Notes: generated by a model from the letters alone, not told the origin. Shown: positions 24,632 through 38,676, counted from the stretch's first letter. The stretch is DNA of 62,882 bases from Octopus bimaculoides (GCF_001194135.2 NC_068983.1:107755152-107818033); one strand, 5' to 3'. Made by a program: numbers and translations.

Positions 24632-26002
24632 CATATTTATATGTTGGTAAGCATATAAATGTTTGTATCCATGTTTATGCATGATGTCTATTTCTTATTG
24701 TACATATAAAACTATAGGTGAACATCAATGTTTTTCATTCTTTATTTTTCCTCCACTTCATTGATAACATTTGAACTTTATTGGAAGATTTATTGATTAA
24801 AAAGTAAATTTTTTTTTTTTTTTTTTGATGTTTCGTTATATTGAAATCGTGGATGCTTTCAAAAAATTTTTTGAAAGGTATGCAGATGAAAAAATTTCAA
24901 AACAAGAACTCCATGAAATGATCNNNNNNNNNNNNNNNNNNNNNNNNNNNNNNNNNNNNNNNNNNNNNNNNNNNNNNNNNNNNNNNNNNNNNNNNNNNNA
25001 TATATATATATATATATATATATATAGGTTACTTGTTGTGCCTGTTAATAATTTCACATGTAATTAATACAATAATTACTGAAGTTAGTATTATTCTGAA
25101 TTTTATCTCATGTTTCCTTATTAACTACATGACCGTGGATTTAAATTTTTATAAAGAAATTGTGTTTTGTCTCTGAGAAAGCAACATAATTCTGTTGAGA
25201 TCTGTTTAGTTGATAGCAAGTTACATTTTTCAATGGTTGAGTAGTTAACAGTACATATCCACCTAAAAGCATAATTGCTCCAACAGTGCAACCTCTTAGT
25301 CTTTTACTAGTTTCTGTCAGTGTATTCCATCTATGATGGAGAACTATTTCATAATCTAGCTGTGTATCAGTGTATTACACTTAAAACATGTATGTCATTG
25401 AAAGTCTGATAAACTGCAGTATCATCTTGAGAAAGTATCTCTTATAGATATTTAGTGTTAAAAAAAGAACACAGAAATATATCAGTAGCAGATGAAAATT
25501 GTTAGCAGCATTGCTGAATGTATATTTCTCCATCTGTGGGCTTTGTCACTAGCAAGTATCGACTAGTAACCGTATGTTATGACAAAATTGGCCACTATTA
25601 ATAGAGTAAGACAGTGACTGAAAAATCACTGTTGTAATTAGCCAAGAAGCTGGATAAAAATTCATTGAGTGATAAAAGCAGTATTAGTTCAAAATAGCAA
25701 TCTGTGTATCATACTTAAATCGTATACATCACTGAAATCCTGATAAACTGTTGTATTCATCTCAAGGAAGCATCTCTTTTAGACATTTGGCATTAAAAAA
25801 CACAACGTCATTTCCGGTACTTATTTGTCTGTAACTTAAACTATCGATCCTTATTTACCAAATAATCAAGTTATGGGACACAGTATAAATACAACACTGT
25901 TTCCACTTTTAACTGATGTAAACATAGACATAAAACTAGATACACACAAACACACACCCTAACCAAAGATACACATACATGCACACACAAATGTAACTAT
26001 GC

Positions 26003-26260
26003 ATGGCCTAATGGTTAAAGTGCTGGGCTCATGACCATAAGGTGCTGGATCGATTCCAGGATCAGGTGATACATTGTATTCTTAAATAAGGCACATTGCT
26101 TCAGACGCATTAGCTAAAATTAGAACCAGCCAATTGCTTTAACACACCTTTCCTTTTCCCCTCTTGTTACACTTTTGCCTTTCAGCTGGGTCATGAACAG
26201 AAGCTCTGGTTATTTACGTTGGCTCATGACTACTTAAGCACCTAGAGCAATTTGTGAAAG
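26003..26260 (+). mobile_element. Degenerate tRNA-derived SINE
   Basis: TGGCCTAATGGTTAAAG and GGATCGATTCC promoter-like boxes. Confidence 0.55.
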
Positions 26261-27076
26261 CTTGGTCCCAAATCATACTCACTTGTGACAGATGGCTGTT
26301 GGGGTTTATGCATATATGTATATATGTGTGCATGCACTCACACATATACACACAGTGTTTATAAAATTCTATTTATAAGTCTTTGGTCAGTTCAAGTTAC
26401 AGTAAAAGACACTTACTGAAGTTTTCTCACAGCGACACCCAGCTTGGCCCATATGGTCAGGTTGCAAACTTGATCTCTCCACATTTCTCAGAATATATAT
26501 ATATATATATATATATATANNNNNNNNNNNNNNNNNNNNNNNNNNNNNNNNNNNNNNNNNNNNNNNNNNNNNNNNNNNNNNNNNNNNNNNNNNNNNNNNN
26601 NNNNNNNNNNNNNNNNNNNNNNNNNNNNNNNNNNNNNNNNNNNNNNNNNNNNNNNNNNNNNNNNNNNNNNNNNNNNNNNNNNNNNNNNNNNNNNNNNNNN
26701 NNNNNNNNNNNNNNNNNNNNNNNNNNNNNNNNNNNNNNNNNNNNNNNNNNNNNNNNNNNNNNNNNNNNNNNNNNNNNNNNNNNNNNNNNNNNNNNNNNNN
26801 NNNNNNNNNNNNNNNNNNNNNNNNNNNNNNNNNNNNNNNNNNNNNNNNNNNNNNNNNNNNNNNNNNNNNNNNNNNNNNNNNNNNNNNNNNNNNNNNNNNN
26901 NNNNNNNNNNNNNNNNNNNGCAAAACAAAAATGGCAACATTTACACGTCATCTATTTCTTAACATAACGGCAGTAGAATATTTGTAGGATTAAAAAAAAA
27001 AAACATGCATCTGTCAAATATTACAACGGAAATCAGCTCACTAAATGTGAGTAAAAATATTTCCAGTTATGATGTA

Positions 27077-28319
27077 TTGGGTTTGCAACTAAGTTCCCAC
27101 CGTTTTTATTAATTCAAATATTTTAAAAGGTTTAGTAAAAAATAACTAATTAATCAATTGTTTACAACTTCTTCCCAACGTTCAACGAGATTTTCAATAC
27201 TCGTTGGTAGAAATCACCCGATTTCGACTCAAAAAATTGATCCAACCAAGCTCTCAATTCTGCATCAGCATTAAATGAAACTCCGCGCATAGCATTTGAA
27301 AGAGGTGGAAATCCATCGGTGCCAAATCAGGAGAGTACGGCAGGTGTGGCAGCACTTCCCAGTCATGCATTTGAATGGCTTTCTTGGTCATATTGGCGAT
27401 ATGAGGGTGAGTGTTGTCATGCAGCAGAAGAACTCCATGCTGCCGATTAGGTCTTTTCTCTTGAATAGCCATGTTGAGTTGCTCCATCTGTTGAAGATAG
27501 AGTCCTACATTGACCATTTGGTTCCATTCAATCAATTCATAAAGGATAATCCCTTCCCAGTCCCACAATGTGCACATCGTTTTACGTGGATGAAGGTCTT
27601 GTTTTACACACCGTGTCGCTTATTTACCAGGGCTAAGCCATTCCTTACACTGCTTCATATTGATGTACAGGCACCATTTTTCATTGCCAGTAATGATTCA
27701 GTAAAGAAATCATTGCTTGTATCCATGAATTGAGCAGTGATGAGCAAGCCAAAAAGTGGAGATTGTGGCTCGTTGATTTTCATTGTTGTCGCTTAAAGCA
27801 TGCAGAACCCATTGCTCCATACTTCTGAACCTTTCCCATCGAGTGAAGATGCTTCTCTATAGCAGTATGGGAGCATTCCATTTTCTCGTCGTTTGACGAG
27901 AATTTTCATGCAAAAGTTGGTTTAATCACTCTTCATCAAACTCAACTGGACGACCAGAATGAGGTGCGTCTTTGAGGTCAAATTTTCCATTTTTGAACTT
28001 GGCATACCAATCACAAGCAGTTCTTACAGCTATGGCACCCTCTCCATATACAGCCTAAATGTCACGGGCAGCTTTTGTAGCCTTAGAACCTTGATTAAAA
28101 GCAAAAAGGAGATGGTGTCAAAAATGCTCGTTTTTCTTAATTTGACATTCCATTTTAATGATCTGAAAATAAACTAAAATTAACTAAAATTAACTAGAAA
28201 AAAAAGTAGATTCCAAAATGATTCAAAAATAAATTCTCGAAAAAATAGATTCAAAAATTTAAAAACGCAATAAATTCCAAAATTTTAAAAAAACGGCAGG
28301 AACTTATTTGCCAACCCAA
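27077..28319 (-). mobile_element. Full-length decayed mariner (DD34D)
   Basis: TIRs TTGGGTTTGCAACTAAGTTCC / GGAACTTATTTGCCAACCCAA, TA on both sides; HDN...YSPDLAPMD with 34 residues between the Asp residues. Confidence 0.95.
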
Positions 28320-29841
28320 TACTAATTAGAAATGTAAATGTATTGGTATTTAAGCAGGCAATCATCAACGATGGCTTTGTATTCTTTACCTCTAATAGAG
28401 AATTAGAAGAACAAACTTCCTTTATGCCAATTCTAATTAAATCATAAATTTAAAATATAATAGCTTAAAATACCAAAATGTTTTATTTGTTTGTATATTA
28501 TTATAATTTTAAACATTTGTTTGCATCATGAAGGTGCATTAAGCATTGAAGATTGTACCAAATCACCTGAGTGGAATGGTATTTACTCTTGCATGGTTTT
28601 CTACAAGAGTTAAGCTGTAAAGCAATGTAATGTGAACTGGCAATATGTGCACTCTGCAATCTTATTGTACATCTATGCTAAGGACAATTTCCAAGGCTTT
28701 TATGATAGAAATCATAAAAACTGCTAGTCTTACTACACAAATATCATAATTTAGCATAGTTAAATTGAAGAATAAAGAAAGTTCAATTTTAAATGTCCCC
28801 CATATTGGTTTCACTTTTTATTTGAAAGTAGTATCTTTTGCTTTAGAAAAAAAATTCAATAGATTTAAAGTTTAGGCCAAGCTGTCAATTTGTTATGATG
28901 GAAAACTGTAACAGAAGTCATGAAATATGTGACATTTGCCACTAGTAATGTCACTGAAACTACAGTAATGTTAAATACATTTCAAATTTGTTATAACTTT
29001 TGCTGTGGTAGTTTTTGCTGTTTTTTCTTGCTATCTTGTTTTATTTTTGCTTCTTTCATTGGTTAGTTACTGCTCAGAACTATGTCTTTTCAATATTAAA
29101 TAATTTTACATTAAGGAAGATTTTCTGTTCAAAATTTTATGTTCAGAAAAGCATTTTTGTTTATCATATTTTGGCAGCTGAATTATTTAGAATGCAAAAA
29201 AGAAATAAAGAAATTTGGGAAATGGTTAAGCAACAGAAGTTGCTTCACAACATTTGAGGTTAGTTAACTGGAATTATGGTCAGTTTAAAACTGTTTAAAA
29301 ATACATAATTCTGAAATCTGGTCCCACTTGTAAAAAATGGCTTGTTATTTTACATAGATTTTAAGAATCTAATTCATTTGCTAAGAAAAATATTCTGTGT
29401 AATTTTCAGACTAACATTGTTTAACAATGATTACTATCTTACATATGTACAAAAACCACATTTTATGAAAAAGGTTACAGCCAATTAACTTTAATAAATG
29501 TTGCTTTAGATGCAAGAGTGATTTGAGATAAGATCATTTGGAAGAATATTTCATGCTAGTTTCAGTATAAATCAGAAAACAGCTTTCAATAATCCTGTTT
29601 TCCAGTATGCATGGAAAAGATATATGATGTACAGAAAGCAATATGCATCATTCTTGTGTTTGAGGAGAAGCCATAGGCTGTCAAGACTAAGCAGAAGGTT
29701 GACTGACTGATGCACTGTTTTTTGGTGAGTTAATACTTCAGAATTGAATTGTATGGTTAGTCGTTGGTCAGGCTACAAGTGTTTTCTGTCATAATGATAA
29801 TGTTAAACAAAATAACATGTGTTATTTTCAAATGCTTTCAG

Positions 29842-30022
29842 AAACTCATTATGTACTGATGCTAGACCTCAGAACAGTATCATCTTTTGCACATACAAGC
29901 AACACACAAACACAAACTCAGGCAGCTGCACTGAAAGTAAAACATTTAAGTATTCTGAAATCTAGTCATGCTTGTAGATATTCAGGAGGCATTTCATTTC
30001 AGAAATTTATTTCTGACATAAG
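29842..30022 (+). other. Candidate exon, possibly non-coding (with upstream candidate exon 29606-29724)
   Basis: TGCTTTCAG acceptor and AAG/GTGAGT donor, one open frame; upstream exon TTTTCCAG...G/GTGAGT leaves a 117-nt GT-AG intron but has stops in all frames. Confidence 0.3.
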
Positions 30023-32561
30023 GTGAGTCTGTCATCTCTTAGAAGAATTATATTAAGGTGTCAGTCTGACAGCAACTCAGTCATATGATTTCATAACCAT
30101 TTAGTTTCCATTTGCTAATAGATACCAGCTTAAGGAATCAAGTGGAATCCTAATTAATTACTGGGATTTAACCTATCCTTTAACTGCTGCAAATGTCACT
30201 TCATTAACTAAGACCTATAGACATTCTATTATTATTATTTGAAACTGTCTATAACTTTGTCAGGTTCTATTGGCCAAACGTTTTTGTGAGAATTTAGATA
30301 ACTTTATTTATTTATTTAGTTTAATAAATTGAAAAGCATTGTGGAATTGATTTGGTAACACATAAACATTAAAATTATGTTAGACACTTGTAGATCAACA
30401 CATTGGTTAAGTAAGTTTGCATCAATACTTAATTTGAACTATATTTACAATAAACAGCAGTAGAAGAGAACTGTGTATAAAAATCACAGTTTGTAGCACC
30501 AAAACTGCACCTAAAATATCATACCAGATTGAGACTATCGATTGAAAAATCATTATGTTATATCATGACTGTAAAATGAAGTCACCAAGATATTTTATTA
30601 TAGTAAGTGCCAACAAAGCTAGGTTCTGCCAATGTTTGAAGTATTTCTAAAAAAAAATCACTTTTATTACTATGTATTTTCATATATGTTGGCAAACAAT
30701 CTAAAGCAAGAGATATCAGTGTCTTTTGAGGATCCAGATGGAAATATAAAAGAAAGATAAAAAAAATCTCATCACTCCCATACTAATGCCAAAACTTTTG
30801 GTCATTTTCCAAATGAATTTTTGCTAAATTCCATTCATGCATTTCCTAATGGGTCATGATCACCTATACAGAAAAATTATGTTGATAAGACATTCTACAA
30901 CAAACATATGGCTTGTGAGTTCAAAATCTGCTGAGATTTCAAAGTATTTAAAGGAAAGCCATTATATTCTAGTTTAGGGGAATTGGTACCAGAATTTCTG
31001 GGAGAAAGTGCTTGTAATAGATTAGTGTCTTCATCTGCATAATATTACAGAAATTAGCATTATGAAACAGCACCAATGATCTGTATGATTCATTTAAAGG
31101 ATTAAATTATCTCATGATCACCTACTCTCTTTTATTTTGGTCATTATCAATCCTACTAGCTTGAATATCATTTCCAAACTAATTAAAAAGACTCTGTAAG
31201 GAGAATAGTTGTAACAATCTACTTAGTCTGCCTCATTGAGCACTAAGCCATGGCAATTCTTGGGCCAATTATTTGTCAGTTCAGCCCTATGTGATTATAA
31301 TGATGTAACCACCACCAACACCACCACCATATAATGGAAGACTTACATTATATATTCATCAAATTATCACCTGATCTTACTTTTTAAATCTTGCTTAGCA
31401 ATAGAGAGAACAAGTGTTCTATCTTACCTTACCTATTTTAACAGATTAATGAATGATTTCCAGTGATTTATGTTAGATGCAGGTAATAGGTTTCTAAAAC
31501 TTCTAACGTGGCACTGCACCATCCAAACTTGAAGCATAGTTAAATCTCTGTCTCTTTCTGTCTATCTGTTTGACTGTCTCTCTTTCTCTCTCTCCCCCTC
31601 CACCCCAATGTTACTATGTCACAATTAACATTTCCAGAATAACTTACTCTTATTTCCAAAAGGGAGGTGAAGTACTGATTATTAAATCTCCTACCCCTAT
31701 CACTGAAATACAGTAGATAAGAACATCTAATCTACACATTCATTACTTTATCCATTCAGGCATCCATCCTACTTTGCCACAAAACCATTTTGATACATTC
31801 AGATTGTTTGCGATAAAAGTTTTTTTTTTTTTAGCCATAATCCCATATCTTAAAGCCTTTGTTTAAAATCTTAGAAGAGAGAGAAGATGTAGAATTCACA
31901 TCTGCTGGATGTTTTCATCAATTTTCTACACAATTGCCAGATAAAACTGCCATTCTGTGTATCCAGGTAGAATCCAAAATTATATTATTTTGCATTATTT
32001 TTATTTTTATCTCTGAAGCTTAAGGATTATAAACAAGGGAATCAACTGAGATACAAAAGTACTGTAAAAAAAAAAAATGAAACGTGAAAATTTTTTAAAT
32101 CATTAAAATAATGCCAGCTAGCAAAGAGAAAAATGTAAGATAACTCAAGANNNNNNNNNNNNNNNNNNNNNNNNNNNNGATATTTTACCTTGAGATCTGA
32201 AAAAATATTTTGTGAAGACTTGAAATTTGTCTAATTATTGATTAGCAACAGCTTTAGATCACGATAGGAAAAAGGTGCTGATGTCTGGTTAAACTTTTAA
32301 GAAGGGAATCATTATTTTTTTTTTTTTTTCAGCCAAAACGTAAATAGATAATTCAATATAAGAAAATGAATGCATAATTAATAAACCTGTCTGTCTGTTT
32401 ATGTATCTATCTATCTGTTTATTCATCTTTCTTTATCTTTTTTATCTGTCCAACCATCTTTATATGTATGTATGTGTGTATGTGTGTGTGTATGTGCGTG
32501 CATGTGTGTGCTTCTTTTTGGGATATATGATCCTGGTGATACACGCACACACATACATATC

Positions 32562-33110
32562 CAAGATCTGATCCAAAAGTATTGGGGCTGTTGCTATAGT
32601 AACAAAGCTAAAGTACACAGAGTGGAGCTGCTTGGCACACATCAACCTTGAACTCTGTTATGCATGCTCATTAATCTATAACATTCTTACTCACTTATGT
32701 TGTTTATAACAGTGCTTGAGAGTAGTGTGTAGAATGTGGTCTTCTCAAAAAGAAGATTGGGTTTCAACTGTACAGGATCTCCTTGATTGTGTTAATAAAG
32801 ACGGAAACTCTTTGAAGATAGGATGAATTGTGGGTCTATGGCTATGACCCCGAAACCAAGGCAACAATTAAATCCCAAGAATTAAAGAAACAAGATTTTG
32901 AAACATCAAAGAAATCCAAGAGAACATGATGAAGCAGCCACATACTATCTCCAAAAAAAGTTCCAGGAATGTTTCCATCAATGGAAATGACCCTGGCTAA
33001 AGTGTGAGGCTTCAGAAGGGGACTACTTCAAAGGAGATTAAATGCTGAATTGATATGTATTGTAGTTTTCTTTTTATAGAACCAGTCCTGATATTTTTGA
33101 TCAGGCCTTG
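32562..33110 (+). mobile_element. Internally deleted mariner
   Basis: About 28-bp TIRs (CAAGATCTGATCCAAAAG / TTTTTGATCAGGCCTTG followed by TA); DELWVYGYDPET motif. Confidence 0.75.
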
Positions 33111-33534
33111 TACATACATACATACATACAAAAATTCTCTGTTGTTGATGCTGAAATTCCAATGAAGGAACCTGGTATCTAGGTTAGAAACTGATTCTTT
33201 CTCTACTGGCAAGAAATCTTGAAATAAACTGAATAATGACATATGCACACACACACGCACGCACGCGCGCGCATGAAAGGAAAATGTACTAAAAATGTCA
33301 GTCAAAGTGACCAGCAGCAGGAATTTGAACAACAAATGAACAAGGGTATATTAAGCACCGTTAACGATAATTTCTTGCCTTGCCTTCTCTCAGGAAACAT
33401 GAAAAAATCGGTTTGTGCTTTTGAGATCAATTCCAAAATAAGAAGGGAGATAATCTCAAGAACTAAGTATTTTCCAAGATTGACCTGGCATTAGCACATA
33501 CATATCAACATACATACAAAGAGGATATCTACGG

Positions 33535-33740
33535 ACAACTGCTTCTGTATCCAGACTATGGATTCATATTCATACCAATAATAATTGGAGCACTAGGTTT
33601 TGTTAGCAAATGCTTAAAGAAAAATCTGGATAAACTGGGATTTTCAGAAAGAGAAACTGACTGGCTAAGTTGTACAAGTGCAATTTGTGAGTGGAACAGT
33701 AGAAATATGCAAGACTTTTCTCAAATTCCAAATGTAAATT
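33535..33740 (+). mobile_element. Second restriction-like-endonuclease LINE C-terminal relic
   Basis: LYPDYGFIFIPIIIGALGFVSKCLKKNLDKLGFS, homologous to the end of 21440-21715. Confidence 0.75.
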
Positions 33741-33904
33741 TGTCTGTGTTAACTACATCCCAAAGACAGAGCCTTGTATCTTTGTTGAAAACCAGCTCCT
33801 CGTTAGTGGAAGATTTATAATAATTAAAAAAGTAGAAGATACATACATACATACATACATATATACATAGAGAGACCAAAAATAAAATTCTTTCGTGCTA
33901 CATT

Positions 33905-34302
33905 ACTCTTTTACTCTTTTACTTGTTTCAGTCATTTGACTGCAGCCATGCTGGAGCACTGCCTTTAGTCGAGCAAATCGAACCCAGGACTTATTCTTTG
34001 TAAGCCTAGTACTTATTCTATCAGTTTCTTTTGCTGAACCACTAAGTTACGGGGACGTAAACACACCAACATCTGTTGTCAAGCGATGTTGGGGGGGGGA
34101 CAAAGACAGACACACAAACATATACACACACATACGTATATACGACGGGCTTCTTTCAGTTTCCGTCTACCAAATCCACTCACAAGGCTTTGGTCAGCCC
34201 GAGGCTATAGTAGACGACAATTGCCCAACGTGCCACGCAGTGGGACTGAACCCAGAACCATGTGGTTGGTAAGCAAGCTACTTACCATACAGCCACTCCT
34301 AC
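33905..34302 (-). mobile_element. Full-length family A SINE
   Basis: Reverse complement closely matches 14969-15365. Confidence 0.9.
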
Positions 34303-35025
34303 ATATATATTTTTAAAAATTGACAATAAAGTAAGTGATAATTTGCATTCAGTTTCATAAAGAAAAGATTTCAGGTAAATCTCACTTCCCATTTTTTTAT
34401 GACCAAAAAACCTGAACCTGGCATGTGGTGCAAAGAAAGGAAAGTGGTAAAGATGATAGAGATGACAGTTCTCTAGGAAGTGAACATCGAAGATGCTTTC
34501 TTTAGGAAAAACAGAAGAGACAATGCTTTTTTGTAGAGATTGATATCAGAGGACCTAATATATAGCTAGACAGACAGACAGACTCATACAAGCAGTGTCA
34601 TTTGTTTACAATCGTGTGCAAAAACATGTCTGGACTGTTAATTGATCAATAGTTGAGGGGAAATATTACCTTCTTTCAAAGCATGTGAGAGCTGGTGATA
34701 GGATGAGTATCCAGCCCAAGAAAAATCTGTCCTCTGAAGTTCATCTCAACCATGCAACTATGGAAATGCTGATATTGATGATGATGATGATAATGATGAT
34801 ATGACATAATTGTTAACTTTTTAGACTAGTATGAAGAATACATAAAAGAGATCATTAACGTGGCAGATGAGTTTAATTATTTTACAAGTTTATATATTCA
34901 TAAATAAAATATGAAATACTAAAGTTTGGTTGACTTTCTAGGGTCTGACTCTTAGAGTCAGTAGATGGTATCTTATCATCAGTACAACACCAAAGTTATT
35001 GTTAATCAAGCGGTACTATAATAAG

Positions 35026-35406
35026 TGGAGGCACAATGGCCCAGTGGTTAGGGCAGTGGACTCGCAGTCATAGGATTGCGGTTTCGATTCCCAGACTGGG
35101 CGTTGTGAGTGTTTATTGAGTGAAAACACCTAAAGCTCCACGAGGCTCCGGCAGGTGGTGGTGTCGAACCCTGCTGTACTCTTTCACCACAACTTTCTCT
35201 GGCTCTTACTTCCTGTTTCTGTTGTGCCTGTAATTCAAAGGGTCAGCCTTGTCACACTGTGTCACACTGAATATCCCCGAGAACTAACGTTAAGGGTACA
35301 CGTGTCTGTGGAGTGCTCAGTCACTTGCACGTTAATTTCACGAGCAGGCTGTTCCATTGATCGGATCAACTGGAACCCTCGACGTCATAAGCAACGGAAT
35401 GCCAAC
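35026..35406 (+). mobile_element. Young tRNA-derived SINE with intact target-site duplication
   Basis: A box TGGCCCAGTGG, B box GTTTCGATTCC; 11-bp TSD ACTATAATAAG at 35015-35025 and 35407-35417. Confidence 0.92.
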
Positions 35407-35784
35407 ACTATAATAAGCAGGAAAAGATGCTATGTAACTAATGAGTTACTCTTAATTTAGTGCCCGTTTTGATCATTGCACTTAACACGTTGATGTTTTC
35501 CTGTATATATATATTGAATTGAGCTTTTAAATTTTTTGCAACTTAAATTCCTCTCGGGTCACAAAAAGCAGTTTTTAACCCCTGTTGTTACCTTAAGCTT
35601 AATTTAAACACACCCAATAATTACAAGCCATCTTTGGCTAAATTTTCTTCCTATTTTAATTATTCATTTTTAATTCTTCATCTGTCTTAATTCTTCACTT
35701 GTTTTATTGGTTCTAGCAAACCATTTCCACTGCTGTGCAGAACCATAACAATTAGTTAATTAATTATCTTCTCTCATTAACTTA

Positions 35785-36240
35785 CTCTTTTCTTTCTTTT
35801 ACAGTTTCTCCTTCTTTTTCATTCCCTCCTTCTCCTCCTCTCCCTTCTTTTCCATTTTCTTTACATTCTTTTCCCTTCTTTTCCTCATCTCCTCCCTTTC
35901 TTTTTCCTGCTCCTCTCCTCCTCTTCTTCCCCTCTTCTTCCACCCCTCATCTTCTTCTACTCCTCCTCTTCCACTTCCCTTCATCTTCTTCCTCCTCCCC
36001 TTACTGCTCCTCACCTCCTCTTCCTGCTCCTCCCCTCCTCTTCCTGCTCCTCCCCTGCTCCTCCCCTCCTCTTCCTGCTCCTCCCCTCTCCCTCCTCTTA
36101 CTTCTCACCCCTTCCTCCTCCTCTTACTTATTAATCTCTTCCTCATTCTTAATTTTCTTCTTTGTTTCCCCCTTTCCTTCTCCTTTCCTCACTTTCATTC
36201 ATCTTCTTACCTTTGCCTCCCCCTTCCTCCTCCACCCCTT
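35785..36240. repeat. Long polypyrimidine/polypurine low-complexity tract
   Basis: About 450 bp of nearly all C/T on +, with repeated CTCCTCCCCTCCTCTTCCTG. Confidence 0.9.
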
Positions 36241-37077
36241 CATACCACACAAACAGCACATGTAGAAGATAATGTGGAATTCAAGGTACAATTTGCACTT
36301 TTAATAATCTTACTCCCTGAGCTCTACCATGTACAGGTAACCTTTGAACTGTGTTCACACACACACACACACACACACACATACATAGAAGTATTCGGTC
36401 ATACAACTCACCAGTTTTAGTTATCTTCAGCTATTCTGCTCTACCACCATGATCATCACTCCAATAAGATATGACACTGATATAACTTTTCACATTGTAA
36501 AAAGAAAAAAATACATAAAACAAGTCAAAGATATATGGAGACAAGTATATACTGTTGATGCAATATCACTTGTAATCCTTAGTCTTTTAGACTCTGAAGT
36601 CTATGAATATGTGATCTATAAGTAAGAATATTGCTATAAAGCAAAGAATAGGTAGTCAATATCTCAAATTTTTTATGCTTGTTGTTTGGCTCCAGGTAAG
36701 CTTAGATGAAGCAAACCTATGATTGAAATCATTCTACTGTGTCCATTTTATTTATTTAATTATTCATATTTCTTCTCCAACATGTATAAGACTATATCAT
36801 CCAATGCATTTTAAGACACATGAGTTGATAGTGATTTGGTTGCTATTTTTTGCAGGTCAAAACTACATAGTGATATCCTTGTTGGCTCTAAATATTCTTA
36901 TGGATGCTGATGTTTTTGTGTTTCAGTAAATCAAAAAATCTACTTACAATTAATCAGGATTAATTTCTTTTTTCCTTTGAACATATTGTCAACGGATTAT
37001 ACCTGAACTTTCTTTTGATCTTGAATTATCCCCATTCCTTCTCTTGTAATAAATAAGCGATCAATATTTAATTGCTA

Positions 37078-37300
37078 GTTAAGGTGGTGACCTGGCAGAC
37101 ACATTAGCACACTGGGAAAAGTGCTCAGTAGCATTTCATCCATTTTTACCTTCTGAGTTTAAATTCCAAGATTGACTTTTGCAATCCATCCTTCTGGGGC
37201 AGATAAAATAAGTACCAGTTGAGTACTGGTGTCAATATAATTAACTCATTCCCTCCCGCAAAATTTCTGGCCTTGTGCAAAAACCTGAAACCAATATTTA
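37078..37300 (+). mobile_element. Family C SINE
   Basis: AAGGTGGTGACCTGGCAG head; GATAAAATAAGTACCAG core. Confidence 0.8.
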
Positions 37301-38219
37301 ATTGCTAGTCACAATTCTTTGCCTAAATGTTTCTGGCTTAAACCAAGCTGAGATTCTTCTTCAAATATTAAATTTTATCTCAATATTTCAGGTATCAATA
37401 TTCTGAGTAATCTCCAATCCCAGACCTTACTTATATTCATATGTTCATAAAAAAACAAAAATAGGAGTTAACTAAACTATAATTTAGTCACAAGATTTCT
37501 GACATTCAGCTGTTTCAAAGACCTTGACACACTCTAATACATCATAATTTCTTTCTAAGTATATTGATATCAAAATATATCGATCTAATTTCATATTTAA
37601 GAGAATTTGTACCAAGTATAAGTGGAAACTCACTACAGGGTGAGCAGACAGCATGAAAAAATCTTCAAAAGAAATTGCACCAAGAAAGTTGCTCAACCAG
37701 TTGGTTCCTGATGCTATGAGAGAATTGGGGACACACCTAGGTCATGACTTTTAGGTGCCCTCCTGCTGTTTTTGAAAAGCAATCTTTAATAGAGATTGAA
37801 CTCAGAACCTTCTGGTCATCTCATTTCCCTGATTTGTTGTGAAGATCACCAAAAGAACTTTCACTTTAGACCTATTTCAAACTGCTTAGTTAATTTTTCT
37901 CTACATCAAATACTGTTAAAGATTGTGCATAACTTTAAAGATTTATTTTGCTGCTTGGAATTTGATTTGGAGTTTTGAAGTGGCAAAGTCCTTTTTTGTT
38001 CTAAAAATTTCAGTTTAAGATTAATGAAAAACCTAAGTTACAAATTTTAATAATTTCAAGCGATTAAAATGCAGCACAAAAGGATTACGCGTCTATGGTC
38101 AGGTTTCTTTAAGTACTCAATACCTGATCTGTGTGTATTTAAGTACATTCAGTTCTCAATGTATGAGAGGCATTCTATAAAATTGAAATACTATGAAAAT
38201 TTGGCTCATCCTTGAGATT

Positions 38220-38368
38220 CATACCAACCACATGGTTCTGGGTTCAATCCCAGTGTGTGGCACCTTGGGCAAGTGTCTTCTACTATTGCCTCGGGCTGAC
38301 CAAAGCCTTGTGAGTGGATTTGGTAGACGGAAACTGAAAGAAGCCTGTCGTATATATGTGTGTGTATA

Positions 38369-38423
<55 letters not shown>

Positions 38424-38676
38424 ATGTATGTATGTATATATGTATGTGTGTGTATATGTTTGTGTGTCTGTGTTTGTCCCCCCAACTTCGCTTGACAACC
38501 AATGCTAGTGTGTTTATGTCCCCGTAACTTTAGCGGTTTGGCAAAAGAGACCGATAGAATAAGTACTAGGTTTACAAAGAATAAGTCCTGGGGTCGATTT
38601 GCTCGACTAAAGGCGGTGCTCCAGCATGGCTGCAGTCAAATGACTGAAACAAGTAAAAGAGTAAAGAGAGTAAAGA
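38220..38676 (+). mobile_element. 5'-truncated family A SINE
   Basis: CCTTGGGCAAGTGTCTTC motif through the GTAAAGAG tail. Confidence 0.9.

Noticed and set aside
26383-26967. ORFs spanning N-runs (also 3908-4455, 56803-57328)
   Set aside because: Open only because N codons are not stops
34930-34990. Minus-strand CTGATGA...CTGACTC/GAGTCAG hairpin...GAAA
   Set aside because: No stem III and no in-register stem I; at best a heavily decayed copy
35037-35100. tRNA-like heads (also 14969, 16922, 26003, 59691)
   Set aside because: They continue into SINE bodies and lack a complete cloverleaf, so they are not tRNA genes
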